DNA of 64,000 nucleotides, from NCBI GenBank assembly GCA_049322255.1, contig JBMORE010000163.1, positions 1 through 64,000 of the forward strand, given 5' to 3'. Position numbers and translations under genes: made by a program. Below, piece by piece: positions 9,188 to 18,918 of the stretch. This DNA comes from Myxococcota bacterium (GTDB taxonomy: Bacteria > Myxococcota > Myxococcia > Myxococcales > Myxococcaceae). Numbering within the stretch: position 1 is the stretch's first letter; each line of letters begins with the position of its first letter. The notes under the pieces were generated by a model, which saw only the letters and a program-made list of their open reading frames with translations, had not been told where the DNA came from and searched no databases.

Positions 9188-10096
9188 CTAACGCAAGCCA
9201 GCGCGCCGGCTCAGCTCGCGTAACCACTGCTGGTGGAGGTGCTCTTTTTTGTCCAGCTCGTACACCTCGTGGAGCGTCTCTTGGGTCTTGCGGTTGAGCT
9301 CGAGGTGCGCCTGAAGATTCACCTCCAGCTGGTAAATCAGGGAAGTGAGACTCAGCCACGTGTCGAGCAGGTACGAGAGCGAATCTTCGAACGCAGTTCC
9401 CGGGGCGATTTGCTGTTCGGCACCCGCGAGCAGGTCGAGCTTGAGGCCGGCGTCGGCGAGCAACTTCTCCGCCGCGTGAATCGAGTCGCCGAGCTCCTTG
9501 CGCATCGCCAAGAGCTCGCGCGCCAACTGGTCGCGCTGAGTTTTGTTCTCGGGGGTGCCGGTCTTGGGAATTTTCGCGGCCTTCGCCTTGAGCACCCCGA
9601 GGCGCTTTTGCACGTCGTCGGACTTGGCGAGGAGCGCCTCCAGCTTTTGCTTCACCTCGGGAGAGAGCTGGGGGTTTTCCTTGAAGGCCTTGTAAATCTG
9701 CGCCCGGAACTTGAGCTGGCGGTGGCGCAGGCGTTTCCACAGGTGGTCCACCCGGTCGCAGATTTTCGCCTCCACCTCGGCCTTCTGCCGCTTGGCCGCG
9801 GCGAGCGTCTTCGCCCGCTTCTCCGGGGAGAGGCGCGCCAGCTCGGCCCGAGAGGGAAGCGTCGGTGAAGAGCCCTTCCACAGCGCGCTGGGCGTCGCCG
9901 ACTGGGTGAGTGGCATGCCCGTGGAGGTCGCTTCAGAGGTCGGCGGCGCCGACGCGGAGAACTGGGAGAGGACCGGAGCGGGGCGCGCCTTGGCCTTGCG
10001 CTTCGCTCGCGGCTTGGAGCTCTTCGCCGCGGCCCGGGAGGATACGCGCGTCGGCTTGGCGCCCATGCGGTTTTTGGCACTCTTGACGTGGCTCAT
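9188..10096 (-). CDS. Hypothetical protein with basic/low-complexity N-terminus and helical coiled-coil body
   Basis: Long ORF with high third-position GC that fills the gap between neighbours. No family recognised and no signal peptide. Confidence 0.7.
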   Translation of the reverse strand: MSHVKSAKNRMGAKPTRVSSRAAAKSSKPRAKRKAKARPAPVLSQFSASAPPTSEATSTGMPLTQSATPSALWKGSSPTLPSRAELARLSPEKRAKTLAAAKRQKAEVEAKICDRVDHLWKRLRHRQLKFRAQIYKAFKENPQLSPEVKQKLEALLAKSDDVQKRLGVLKAKAAKIPKTGTPENKTQRDQLARELLAMRKELGDSIHAAEKLLADAGLKLDLLAGAEQQIAPGTAFEDSLSYLLDTWLSLTSLIYQLEVNLQAHLELNRKTQETLHEVYELDKKEHLHQQWLRELSRRAGLR

Positions 10097-10106
10097 GGCA
10101 CTTTTC

Positions 10107-10856
10107 CTAGGACAGGGAGGAAGCGCAAAGCAAATCGAGGTGCGCCTTTTCCTCGACGATGCGTGAGCGCACCGCTTCGCGAAAGGCAGTCAGATCGCCG
10201 CCGAAGGGTGCCGGGTCCACGGGCTCGAGCACCTTCACCAAGCAGTTGGCCCGGTCGCGTAAGACGAAGCCGTGCTTGGGCAAGGTGCGACCGGTGCCGG
10301 TGAGCACGATGGGAATGACGGGGCAGCCTTTGTCCATCGCCAGCCGAAAGGCGCCGTCTTTGAACGCCTTCACTTCCCCGTCGGGGGAGCGTGTGCCTTC
10401 GGGGAAGAGCAGCACCGGCACTCCGCGGTCCAGCCAGCGGCGGCACTCGGCCATCATGCGGCCGATGCTTTCCTTGTTGCCGCGCTCCAGCGCCACGTAG
10501 CGGTTGAGGCGCATGTTCCAGCCGATGAAGGGAACGGAGAAGACGCTCTTTTTCGACACCCACTTGAAGGGCCGGTACAGCCCGAAGAGCACCAGGATGT
10601 CGCCCAGGGACTGGTGGTTGGACACCAGCACCGCGGCCCCGTGCCAGGGCAGGCGTTCGCGGCCCTCCACCCGCAGGCGCCACAGCGGGTTGACGTGGAA
10701 GTACAGCTGGGCCCAGACGCAGGAGTAGAGGTGTTGAATCCGCCCGTTGCGGTCGAAGGGGAAGGTGAGGAGGAACACCAAGAACCCCGCCACGGAGAGG
10801 AGCACGCAGCTCGTGGCCAGGAAGAACCAAAAAAGAAGCGAATAGGCGTGCCGCAT
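10107..10856 (-). CDS. plsC: 1-acyl-sn-glycerol-3-phosphate acyltransferase
   Basis: NHQSLGD (HX4D), FPEGTRS and FKDGAF motifs, with an N-terminal TM segment. Confidence 0.9.
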   Translation of the reverse strand: MRHAYSLLFWFFLATSCVLLSVAGFLVFLLTFPFDRNGRIQHLYSCVWAQLYFHVNPLWRLRVEGRERLPWHGAAVLVSNHQSLGDILVLFGLYRPFKWVSKKSVFSVPFIGWNMRLNRYVALERGNKESIGRMMAECRRWLDRGVPVLLFPEGTRSPDGEVKAFKDGAFRLAMDKGCPVIPIVLTGTGRTLPKHGFVLRDRANCLVKVLEPVDPAPFGGDLTAFREAVRSRIVEEKAHLDLLCASSLS

Positions 10857-10898
10857 GGCCGCGCACTCTCGCACACTCTTCGGTGACGACCCGAGCGT

Positions 10899-11615
10899 TC
10901 AGATGGAGAAGCCGTGGGAGCGGTAGAACTCGGCGCGGGTCAAGACGTCGGCAGCGTAGTTTTTACCCGACGTGAAGTGGTCGGAATTGCCCTCGAGCCT
11001 CAAGCCTCGCAGCGCATTGCTCGGCCCGGTGTTGTATCCGCTCAGAGCGGCCTGGAGCAGTTGGTCCTCACTGAGGCGTAAGCCGCGCCGAGTGGTGCTC
11101 GCCCGCAGCTGCTGAGCGATGTCCTTGAGAACGCGCACGCCCATCGTCAAATTCGTCTTCGGTTCGCGCCAATTCATTCGCTGAAGCCAAGAGCCGTGAG
11201 CCCGCCCGTCGATTTGCATCAGGCCGTGTCCGTGGCCCCCATCGCCCCGGCCGCGGCGGTCGAGGAAGGCGCCCGCTGCCGACTCGCGGCTGACGATACC
11301 GGCGATGAGCGCTGGGTCGACACGGTGCTCCCGCGCCACCTCGAGAATCACCGGTCGTAGCCGTTCCATGGCGGCGAGGTCTCGGCGCGCCATGGTGAGC
11401 GCCGCCTCGCGCTTGGGGCCCCGGAGGGAGCTGCGGGGGACACGCGTCAAATCATTCGTGCCGGTGGTGGAAAGAGGGTTGGCTTCGAACCCGTCGCCTC
11501 TCGCGGTCCTCGTGGCAGCGGGGGCCGGGGTGGAAGGTGTTCCTCGTGCCGAGAGGTGGGTGACCGGGGAGCGTGAACGAGCTGGGGTCATCGGAGTGGA
11601 ACGAACGGGAGGCAT
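10899..11615 (-). CDS. Goose-type (GH23) lysozyme-like protein with low-complexity N-terminal extension
   Basis: MARRDLAAMERL...VDPALIAGIVSRES(catalytic E)AAG...GDGGHGHGLMQID...LSGYNTG...YAADVLTRAEFYRSHGF follows the g-type lysozyme pattern throughout. Confidence 0.88.
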   Translation of the reverse strand: MPPVRSTPMTPARSRSPVTHLSARGTPSTPAPAATRTARGDGFEANPLSTTGTNDLTRVPRSSLRGPKREAALTMARRDLAAMERLRPVILEVAREHRVDPALIAGIVSRESAAGAFLDRRGRGDGGHGHGLMQIDGRAHGSWLQRMNWREPKTNLTMGVRVLKDIAQQLRASTTRRGLRLSEDQLLQAALSGYNTGPSNALRGLRLEGNSDHFTSGKNYAADVLTRAEFYRSHGFSI

Positions 11616-11678
11616 GGCAGGCAGCTTACTTCGCCCCAGCCGGCTTGGTGCGGCCGAGCGACCGGCCGGTGGGGGACC

Positions 11679-13334
11679 TCAACCCCGGGTGACGCGAATG
11701 ACTTCCTCTGCCGAGGTGACGCCAGCCAGAAGCTTCTTGAGCGCCTCCAGCCGCATGGTTCGAAAACCGGCGGCGAGGGCTTCTTTGCGGAGCTCGTCGG
11801 CGGTGGTGCCGCGCCCGATGGAGGCCTTGAGCGAGTCGGTCACCTCCAAGAGCTCTCGCACCGCCACGCGGCCGCTGTAGCCGGTGCCGTGGCAGGCGGA
11901 GCAGCCGGCGCCTCGTACCAGTTGCACTCCCGAAGGGAGCGCGACGATGCCCAGCGCCTCCAGCTCCTCCGGCTTGGGGTCATAGTGCCGCGCGCACGAA
12001 GCACAGCACTTGCGGAGAAGCCGCTGGGCGATGACTCCCACCAAGGCGGGAGCGAGCAGGTACGGCTCGATGCCCATCTCGGTGAGCCGGGTCACGGCGC
12101 TCGGCGCGTCGTTGGTGTGCAACGAAGCCATCACCAGGTGGCCGGTGAGCGCGGCCTCGGCGGCGATGGTCCCCGTCTCGTGGTCGCGGATTTCGCCCAC
12201 CAGCACCACGTTCGGGTCCTGCCGGAGGATGGACCGGAGCGCCCCCGCGAAGGTGAGCCCCCGCTTGGGGTTGATTTGCACTTGGTTGATTCCCGGTAGC
12301 TGGTACTCGACCGGGTCTTCCACGGTGACGATGTTGAGCTCCGGGCTGCGCACGGCGTTGAGCGCTCCGTAGAGCGTCGTGCTCTTGCCGCTCCCCGTCG
12401 GGCCCGTGACCAAAAGCAGCCCGTAAGGGGACCGAATCATTCGCTCGAAGCTGGCCAACTGCTCGCGTTCGAACCCCAGCTCGCTCAGCGGCAAGGAGGC
12501 CCGCGAGTTGTCTAGAATGCGGCAGCACACCTTCTCGCCGAAATACGTCGGAAGCACCGAAACCCTGAGGTCGATGACGCGGTTTTGGCGCCTGATTTTG
12601 ATGCGGCCGTCCTGTGGAATCTGGTGCTCGGAGATGTCGAGATGCGCCATCACCTTGATGCGTGACACCAGCGCGGCGTGAAGCTCGATCGGCCGGGTGT
12701 CCATGTGGCGGAGCGCTCCGTCGATTCGGTAACGCACCACGGTCTGCTTCTCGTTCGGCTCGAGGTGGATGTCGCTGGCCTTGTGGTCGACCGCCCGAAA
12801 GATGATGGCGTCGACGGCCTGACAGGCCTCGGCGAGATCTTCGGGGGAGGGGTCTGCCTCCGTGACGGTGGTTGCCGCCACGACTGCCCCTGCGTCGTAG
12901 AGGCGCTGAATGGCGCGAGTGACTTCGGGTGCCGAGGAAACCACGACGAGGATGCTGCGGCCGAGCTCTCGACCCAGCCAATCGAAAATCTCCAGCCGGG
13001 AGGGGTCACAGGTGGCGATGGTGAGCTCCCCCGAGGTGGCATACACGGGGACGAGTCGATGGCGCTCAGCGGTGGCCCTGGGAACGAGCTTGGCCAGCTC
13101 GCCGTCGAGCTCTACCTCGTCGAGCTCCATGCGGGCGAGGAGGAGCTGGTCGGCGACCATCTGGGTGAGCTGCTCCAGGCTCTGAATCCCCAGGGCCTCC
13201 AACTCGGTGGGGCTGACGCTCTCGCTTCGTCGCAAGAGCGCCAGGGCGGCCTGACGTGGCTCGAGCCCACGGCGCTGTCCGGACGAGGGAAGCTGGGAGT
13301 GAGGGTGAGCCAAGGCCCGGGCCAGCGACCTCAT
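11679..13334 (-). CDS. PilB/GspE-family secretion/pilus assembly ATPase (orphan)
   Basis: ASDIHLEP, RIDG, Walker A GPTGSGKS, TVEDPVE, LRQDPNVVLVGEIRD, TGHLV..LHTND, and tetra-Cys (CASC...CSAC). Has a T2SSE_N-like N-domain. Confidence 0.93.
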   Translation of the reverse strand: MRSLARALAHPHSQLPSSGQRRGLEPRQAALALLRRSESVSPTELEALGIQSLEQLTQMVADQLLLARMELDEVELDGELAKLVPRATAERHRLVPVYATSGELTIATCDPSRLEIFDWLGRELGRSILVVVSSAPEVTRAIQRLYDAGAVVAATTVTEADPSPEDLAEACQAVDAIIFRAVDHKASDIHLEPNEKQTVVRYRIDGALRHMDTRPIELHAALVSRIKVMAHLDISEHQIPQDGRIKIRRQNRVIDLRVSVLPTYFGEKVCCRILDNSRASLPLSELGFEREQLASFERMIRSPYGLLLVTGPTGSGKSTTLYGALNAVRSPELNIVTVEDPVEYQLPGINQVQINPKRGLTFAGALRSILRQDPNVVLVGEIRDHETGTIAAEAALTGHLVMASLHTNDAPSAVTRLTEMGIEPYLLAPALVGVIAQRLLRKCCASCARHYDPKPEELEALGIVALPSGVQLVRGAGCSACHGTGYSGRVAVRELLEVTDSLKASIGRGTTADELRKEALAAGFRTMRLEALKKLLAGVTSAEEVIRVTRG

Positions 13335-13675
13335 GACTCACCGCTAAACAGTTGATCCAGGTCTTTCTGAGAGACGTGGGCGGGAAGCTCGTCGGCACAG
13401 GAGCTGGCGGGGGCCGGGGCCCGAATGAGAAGATCGAGCTCCTCCGCACGTAGAAAGCCGTTCTTCGGAAGGGCCTTCTGCGGGAGGGCCTTCTGCTCGG
13501 GGACGACGGCTTGGGAGTGGGTGCCTCCCAGGCTCTCGCCACAACCACCACAGAAGCGGTCGTGGACCGAGTTCACGAAAACGCAGCGACGACAGGGTTG
13601 AATGAGCGTGTTTCCACATTGGCCGCAGTAGCGTCGGCTGGGCTCCTGGTCGGCCTGACAAGTCGGACAATTCAT
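13331..13675 (-). CDS. Double zinc-ribbon protein with C-terminal acidic amphipathic peptides
   Basis: Four CxxC pairs (CPTC, CGQC, CRRC, CGGC). ATGA overlaps with both neighbours. Confidence 0.85.
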   Translation of the reverse strand: MNCPTCQADQEPSRRYCGQCGNTLIQPCRRCVFVNSVHDRFCGGCGESLGGTHSQAVVPEQKALPQKALPKNGFLRAEELDLLIRAPAPASSCADELPAHVSQKDLDQLFSGES

Positions 13676-14130
13676 GGAGCCTGCTCCATGTTCGGGTGCT
13701 CGACGGCGAGCTGCTCCCAAATCGTCCGCACGGCCTGCACGAGCTTCTCTTCCGTCAGCGGCTTGAGGAGGAACCGGCGAACCCCCAGCTGGCGGCAGGC
13801 GATGGCCTTGTCGCGCGCCGACAGAGAGCTGCAGGTGACGACGTTGGCGTCGGGAAACTCTCGTAGAATGTTGCCCGCGGCCGCCACCCCGTCCATTTCA
13901 GGGAGGACGATGTCGAGCGTGATGAGCGCGGGCCGATGCTCCTTGAAGAGCGCGACAGCCTGTTTGCCGGTGGTTCCCTCCGCGACGACCCGGAAGCCGG
14001 CCTTGGGAAGCCAGGCCTTGAGGCACGCCCGAATCGTGGTCGAGTCATCGATGATGACCGCGGGAAGCAGGAGTTTGGGGGCGGGGTGGGCGGCCACGAA
14101 GGATGGCTGCGAAAGGAGAGTAGGGCTCAT
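13672..14130 (-). CDS. Single-domain CheY-like response regulator
   Basis: IIDD, phospho-acceptor TLDIVLPEMDG, VTCSS and FLLKP motifs. No output domain. Start at 14130 is inferred. Confidence 0.9.
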   Translation of the reverse strand: MSPTLLSQPSFVAAHPAPKLLLPAVIIDDSTTIRACLKAWLPKAGFRVVAEGTTGKQAVALFKEHRPALITLDIVLPEMDGVAAAGNILREFPDANVVTCSSLSARDKAIACRQLGVRRFLLKPLTEEKLVQAVRTIWEQLAVEHPNMEQAP

Positions 14131-14215
14131 GGGTTTGAATCTCCGCCAGCGGACAGGTGGCGAGGGATGCAAGACCGCAGCCGTGTCATGAAAGACGGAA
14201 GTCTGAGGGTTTATC

Positions 14216-17200
14216 TCATTCGCCCAGTGGTGCGGCCGGGTCGAACGGCTGGGGGAGGGTCGAGTCGGCCCCACCTGTCGCGGCTCTCGTTCCAGCAGTG
14301 CCTTCGGGAATCGTGAAGAAGACCGTCGTTCCCTGCTCCTGGGTGCTCTCCACCCAAATGCGACCCCCGTGGGCCTCGATGATGCCCTTGGCGATGGGCA
14401 GCCCGAGTCCAGCGCCGCTTCTTCCGGTCTTGCGTGCTTGCCAAAAGCGGTCGAACAGGTGGGGCAGATCTTCCTGGGCGACACCTGGGCCTGTGTCCGT
14501 TACCTGGAACAGCACTTCGCCTTCCCTTGGAGTCGCGCTGAGGGTGATTTCGGCGCCAGGCGTCGAGAACTTCACCGCGTTGCCGATCAGGTTCTCGAAG
14601 ACCTGTAGAAGCCGGTCGCGATCCGCCCACACATCGGGAAGGGCATGCTCGAGCGTGCTCCGCAAATTCAAAGACGCGGCCGCCGCCAGTGGTCTGTGGG
14701 CCTCCAGGGATTCGGAGATGACCTGTTGAACGGGCACACGCGCCCGTTCGACGGAAAGACTGCCCGCCTCCAAGCGGGTCACGTCGAGGAGGTCTTGGAT
14801 CAGGCGATCCATTCGCATCGCGGACCGACGAATCGTTTCCGCGGGTTTCTGCGTGGCGTGTTCGGACACCTTCCCATGTCGGCGGAGGAGCTCCGATTGC
14901 ATGAGAATCGAGTGCAGTGGGTTTCGGAGATCGTGGGCGACGATGCCGAGCACGTCGTCGCGGGCCTGTATCGCCCTGCGGGCGGCTCGATAGAGGCGCG
15001 CGTTCTCGATCGACAGCGCCGCACGCAGCGCGAGCGCCTCGGCCAACTGCAAGTCCTCCAGGGTGTACCTTCGGGAGGGCGTCGACGACGCGAACGCAAT
15101 CGCCCCGATGACCTCGCCTCCAGCCAAAAGGGGCACCACGATGGCTGACTTCGGGTCGATGGCACGAAGCGCTCGCAGGTGTTCTTCGGATTGAGCGAAG
15201 GAGGCGACCGTGTCGGGTGACAGGCGTTCCATGAGGATGGGCCGCTTCCTGACGAGGGCCGAGTGCACCAGATGCGGGCGTGTTCGATCGAGCGATACCC
15301 TGGTGAGCACCTCGCAGGCCCACTCCAAAGACGGGTCTCGAGTGACGGTTCGCAGGCGCCGTATCCGCCCGCTCTCGTCAAAGACATCGACGAGACATAG
15401 GTCGGCGAACTCACGCACCGCCAATTGGGAGATGCTGGTCAACGTCTCCTCGTAGTCGAGCGTCGAGGCGAGGATCGCACCTGCATCCGAGAGGAACCGC
15501 TGCTCGTTCTCGACCCGCTTCTGCGCCGTGACGTCTCGCAGCGCAACCGTGAGGATTCTCGTACCGCCGATCTCGAGCTTGGAGATCGCCGCGTCCGCGG
15601 GAAATTCCTCGCCATTCTTGCGCAGCCCGATAATCGCCAACCCGCGTTCGCCCATGCGCCGAGCAGTCTCCGGCCCGGTCGCGAATCGCTCGACGTGCTG
15701 TCGGTGGGCGGCACGAAGCCGCTGGGGGATGAGCAGGTCGAGCGGTGCGCCCATCGCTTCGGCCTTGGAGTAGCCGAAGATCTTCTCGGCTCCCTCGTTG
15801 AAGATGACGATGCGGTGTTGCTCGTCGACCGCGATGATGGCGTCNNNNNNNNNNNNNNNNNNNNNNNNNNNNNNNNNNNNNNNNNNNNNNNNNNNNNNNN
15901 NNNNNNNNNNNNNNNNNNNNNNNNNNNNNNNNNNNNNNNNNNNNGTGCTTCTGCGTGCGACGCGGGAGCAGCCCTCGGCCGGACCCGGGTGCCTCGCGGG
16001 GCGGTGCGAGGAAGCGTCACCGTGAACGAGGCGCCACCCTCCGGCGCGTCACCGACGCTGATGGAGCCGTGATGCAACATGACGAAGTCACGGGCAATCG
16101 CCAGGCCCAAACCGGTTCCACCGAAGCGACGGGTCGTTCCACCCTCCAGCTGTCGAAAGCGTTCGAAGACGGCCTCGCGCTTCTCGGGCACAATTCCCGG
16201 ACCGCTGTCAGCGACCTGTACTTCGACCTGCTCGGTGCCCACGGGCCGGAGGCTCAAACGCATGCGCCCACCCGCGGGAGTGAACTTGAATGCGTTCGAC
16301 AGAAGGTTCACCAGAATGCGCTGAAACTTCTCACCGTCCACCTCGGCCCAAAGCTGCCCGGCTGCCTCCAGCTGGTAGGAGATGTTCTTGTCGCTGGCCA
16401 ACGACTCGAACAGGCTGCCGACGAAGCGAGCGACTTCTCCCAGATTCACCTCGGCATAGTCGACCTGCATCTGACCCGCTTCGAGCTTGGCAACGTCGAG
16501 GAGGTCGTCGACGTGGCGCCGGAGGGTGCGCGCGTTCCGCGAGATGATTTCCAGGCCGTGGCGCGTGGCCGCGCTCGTCTCTGGGGACGCGAGCATCCTT
16601 TCCACGGGACCGAGGATGAGCGTGAGCGGAGTACGCAGCTCATGGCTGACGCTGGCGAAGAACTGGGTCTTGAGCTCGTCGAGCTCCTTCGTCTTCTCGT
16701 AGAGACGGGTGATTTCCTCGTTGGCGCGCCGGAGCTTTTGGTTGGCCTCTTGGAGCTGCTCTCCGCGGAGGAAGATTTCTGACTCCATCTTCTCTGCGCG
16801 AACCTGGAGCTCCTTGGTGAGCTTCTGCTGCTGGGCGCCCGTCTGCTTGAGACGGACGAACTCCGTCACGTCTTCGACGCGGTGGATGATGTAGAGGAGG
16901 TCGCCGTTCGGCCCGAGAACCGGCGAGTTGACGGGGCTCCACCAGCGCTCTTCGAAGCCGCCACCCTCTTCGGGCGGACGCCGGATGTCGTACTTCTGCA
17001 CAGCCATCGCGTCAGGCACCCGGTGGAGGATGACCCTTTCCAACGAGGCGGCCAGGTTGCGAACCCCGGTGGCGCGGGGATCGGCCGGGTTGTCTGGGAA
17101 GATTTCGAAGAGCCCGCGCTGGAGAATCTCATCGCGCTTGGTCATCGTCGCGCGCGCATAGGCGTCACTCACGCCGACGACGGTGTACCGAGGCGCATCT

Positions 17201-17280
17201 GGCTCGAGAACGAGAAAGAGCCCGGGGACGGACTCGAAGAGAGTCCGAAAGTCGGGTTCCGGTCGCCGGGTGTCGCCCAT
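14216..17280 (-). CDS. Large sensor histidine kinase: PAS-HisKA-HATPase-[gap]-PAS-GAF-HisKA-HATPase (probably one gene split by the assembly gap)
   Basis: Right part has SHELRTPL, NLLSNAFKF, DSGPGI and GTGLGL. Left part has a PAS region, GAF, AHDLRNPL, NLIGNAVKF, DTGPG and GAGLGL. Both parts read openly into the N-run. Confidence 0.8.
15845..15944. other. Scaffold gap (100 N, true size unknown)
   Basis: Exactly 100 N characters. Confidence 0.99.
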
Positions 17281-17429
17281 CCAGTGTCCTCAACGGCCTC
17301 GCCCCTCGCAGGTGAGGCAAGCAAGCGGAAAGCCAACTGCGACGGCATCCGCTCCTCAGTAAGTACGGCGGATCGGCCTGGTTTGCCACAGTCGCCAACC
17401 CGCCACGCCGCCTGTTCAGTCGGCGGCCG

Positions 17430-18809
17430 TCAGCTCGCAGCCACCACGCGCACCTTGGGCTCTTGGAGCAACTGGGTGAGGTAGTGGCCGGAGAAGCAGG
17501 CGGTGCAAAAAGCCTTCGACTCGGCATCGCCCACGGCCTCTCCCAGGCCCTCCAAAGAGAGATAGCCGAGCGAGTCGGCGGTGACGTAGCGGGCAATCTC
17601 CTCCACCGAGTGAGAGGAGGCGATGAGCTCCTGCCGCGAAGGGGTGTCGATGCCGTAGTAGCAGGGCCAGCGAGTGGGCGGGCTGGAGATGCGCAGGTGC
17701 ACCTCGCGCGCCCCGGCGGCCTTGAGCATCTTCACGATTTTCCGCGAGGTGGTGCCCCGTACGATGGAGTCGTCCACCACCGCCACCCGCTTGCCCTCCA
17801 GCACCCGCTTCACCGCAGCCAGCTTGAGCTTCACTCCAAAGTGGCGAATCGACTGCTGCGGCTCGATGAAGGTGCGCCCCACGTAGTGGCTGCGAATCAA
17901 CCCCACGTCGTAGGGAATGCCGCTCACCTGTGAAAAGCCGATCGCCGCCGGCACCCCGGAGTCGGGCACGGCGATGACCAAGTCGGCCTGGGCGGGCGCT
18001 TCCTTGGCCAGCTGCATGCCCAGGCGCTTGCGCACCTCGTACACGCTCATGCCGAAGAGCACGGAGTCGGGCTTGGCGAAGTACACGTGCTCGAACACAC
18101 AGCGACCCAGGCGCTGCGGCTTCAGGGGGTAGCTGGAGGAAAGGCCGTTCTCGTCGATGACCAGCATCTCTCCCGGCTCCACCTCGCGAATCAGCTCGGC
18201 CTCGATGAGGTCGAGCGCGGTGGTCTCCGAGGCGAGCACGTAGGCGTTCTTGAGCCTGCCCAAGACGAGCGGGCGAAACCCGAAGGGGTCGCGCACTGCC
18301 ACCAGCTGTCGCTCGGTGAGAAAGAGCAAGGAGTAGGCGCCCTGCACCCGGGCCAGCGCCTCGACGACCTTTTGGGGAAAGGCTGCTTCCCGCGAGCGCG
18401 CGATGAGGTGGACGAATACCTCGGTGTCCGAGTCGCTCTGGAAAATCGCCCCCGTTTGTTCCAGCTCGTCGCGCAGCGTTTGGGCGTTCACCAGGTTGCC
18501 GTTGTGGGCCACCGCCAGCTGGCCTCCGGCGTAGGCGACCATCAGCGGCTGGGCGTTCTTCAAGTGGCTCACCCCGGCGGTGGAGTAGCGCACATGTCCG
18601 ATCGCCGCCTGCGCGGGAGACAGCCGCTCGAGCACCGGAGCGGTGAACACGTCGGCGACCAGGCCCATCTGCCGCCAGGACTTGAGCGTCGCGCCATCCG
18701 CCGAGACGATGCCCGCGCTCTCCTGCCCGCGGTGCTGCAGGGCGTGCAACCCCAGGTAGGTCAGGTGAGGGGCCTCAGAGTGCCCAACGATGCCGAAGAC
18801 GCCGCACAT
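17430..18809 (-). CDS. purF: Amidophosphoribosyltransferase
   Basis: MCGVFG N-terminal Cys, [23 protein letters not shown] and [11 protein letters not shown] motifs, with Fe-S cysteines (FCTACF). Confidence 0.97.
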   Translation of the reverse strand: MCGVFGIVGHSEAPHLTYLGLHALQHRGQESAGIVSADGATLKSWRQMGLVADVFTAPVLERLSPAQAAIGHVRYSTAGVSHLKNAQPLMVAYAGGQLAVAHNGNLVNAQTLRDELEQTGAIFQSDSDTEVFVHLIARSREAAFPQKVVEALARVQGAYSLLFLTERQLVAVRDPFGFRPLVLGRLKNAYVLASETTALDLIEAELIREVEPGEMLVIDENGLSSSYPLKPQRLGRCVFEHVYFAKPDSVLFGMSVYEVRKRLGMQLAKEAPAQADLVIAVPDSGVPAAIGFSQVSGIPYDVGLIRSHYVGRTFIEPQQSIRHFGVKLKLAAVKRVLEGKRVAVVDDSIVRGTTSRKIVKMLKAAGAREVHLRISSPPTRWPCYYGIDTPSRQELIASSHSVEEIARYVTADSLGYLSLEGLGEAVGDAESKAFCTACFSGHYLTQLLQEPKVRVVAAS

Positions 18810-18918
18810 GGCCGGTTTATGCCCACGTTCGGGGCAAAAGGAAAACCGGTTCGCGCGCCCGCCTCATCCGCAAGGTGGAGGATTGGCCGGGCTGCCGAGC
18901 TCAAAGAGGAAGCGGCCT

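Noticed and set aside
11679..13334. A complete T2SS or type IV pilus locus
   Set aside because: No platform, secretin, pilin or peptidase genes are in the window. Only the ATPase is present.
15439..17280. 613-aa ORF reading through the N-run, implying a frameshifted kinase
   Set aside because: The 100-N gap has arbitrary length, so frame across it is meaningless. It is not evidence of a pseudogene.
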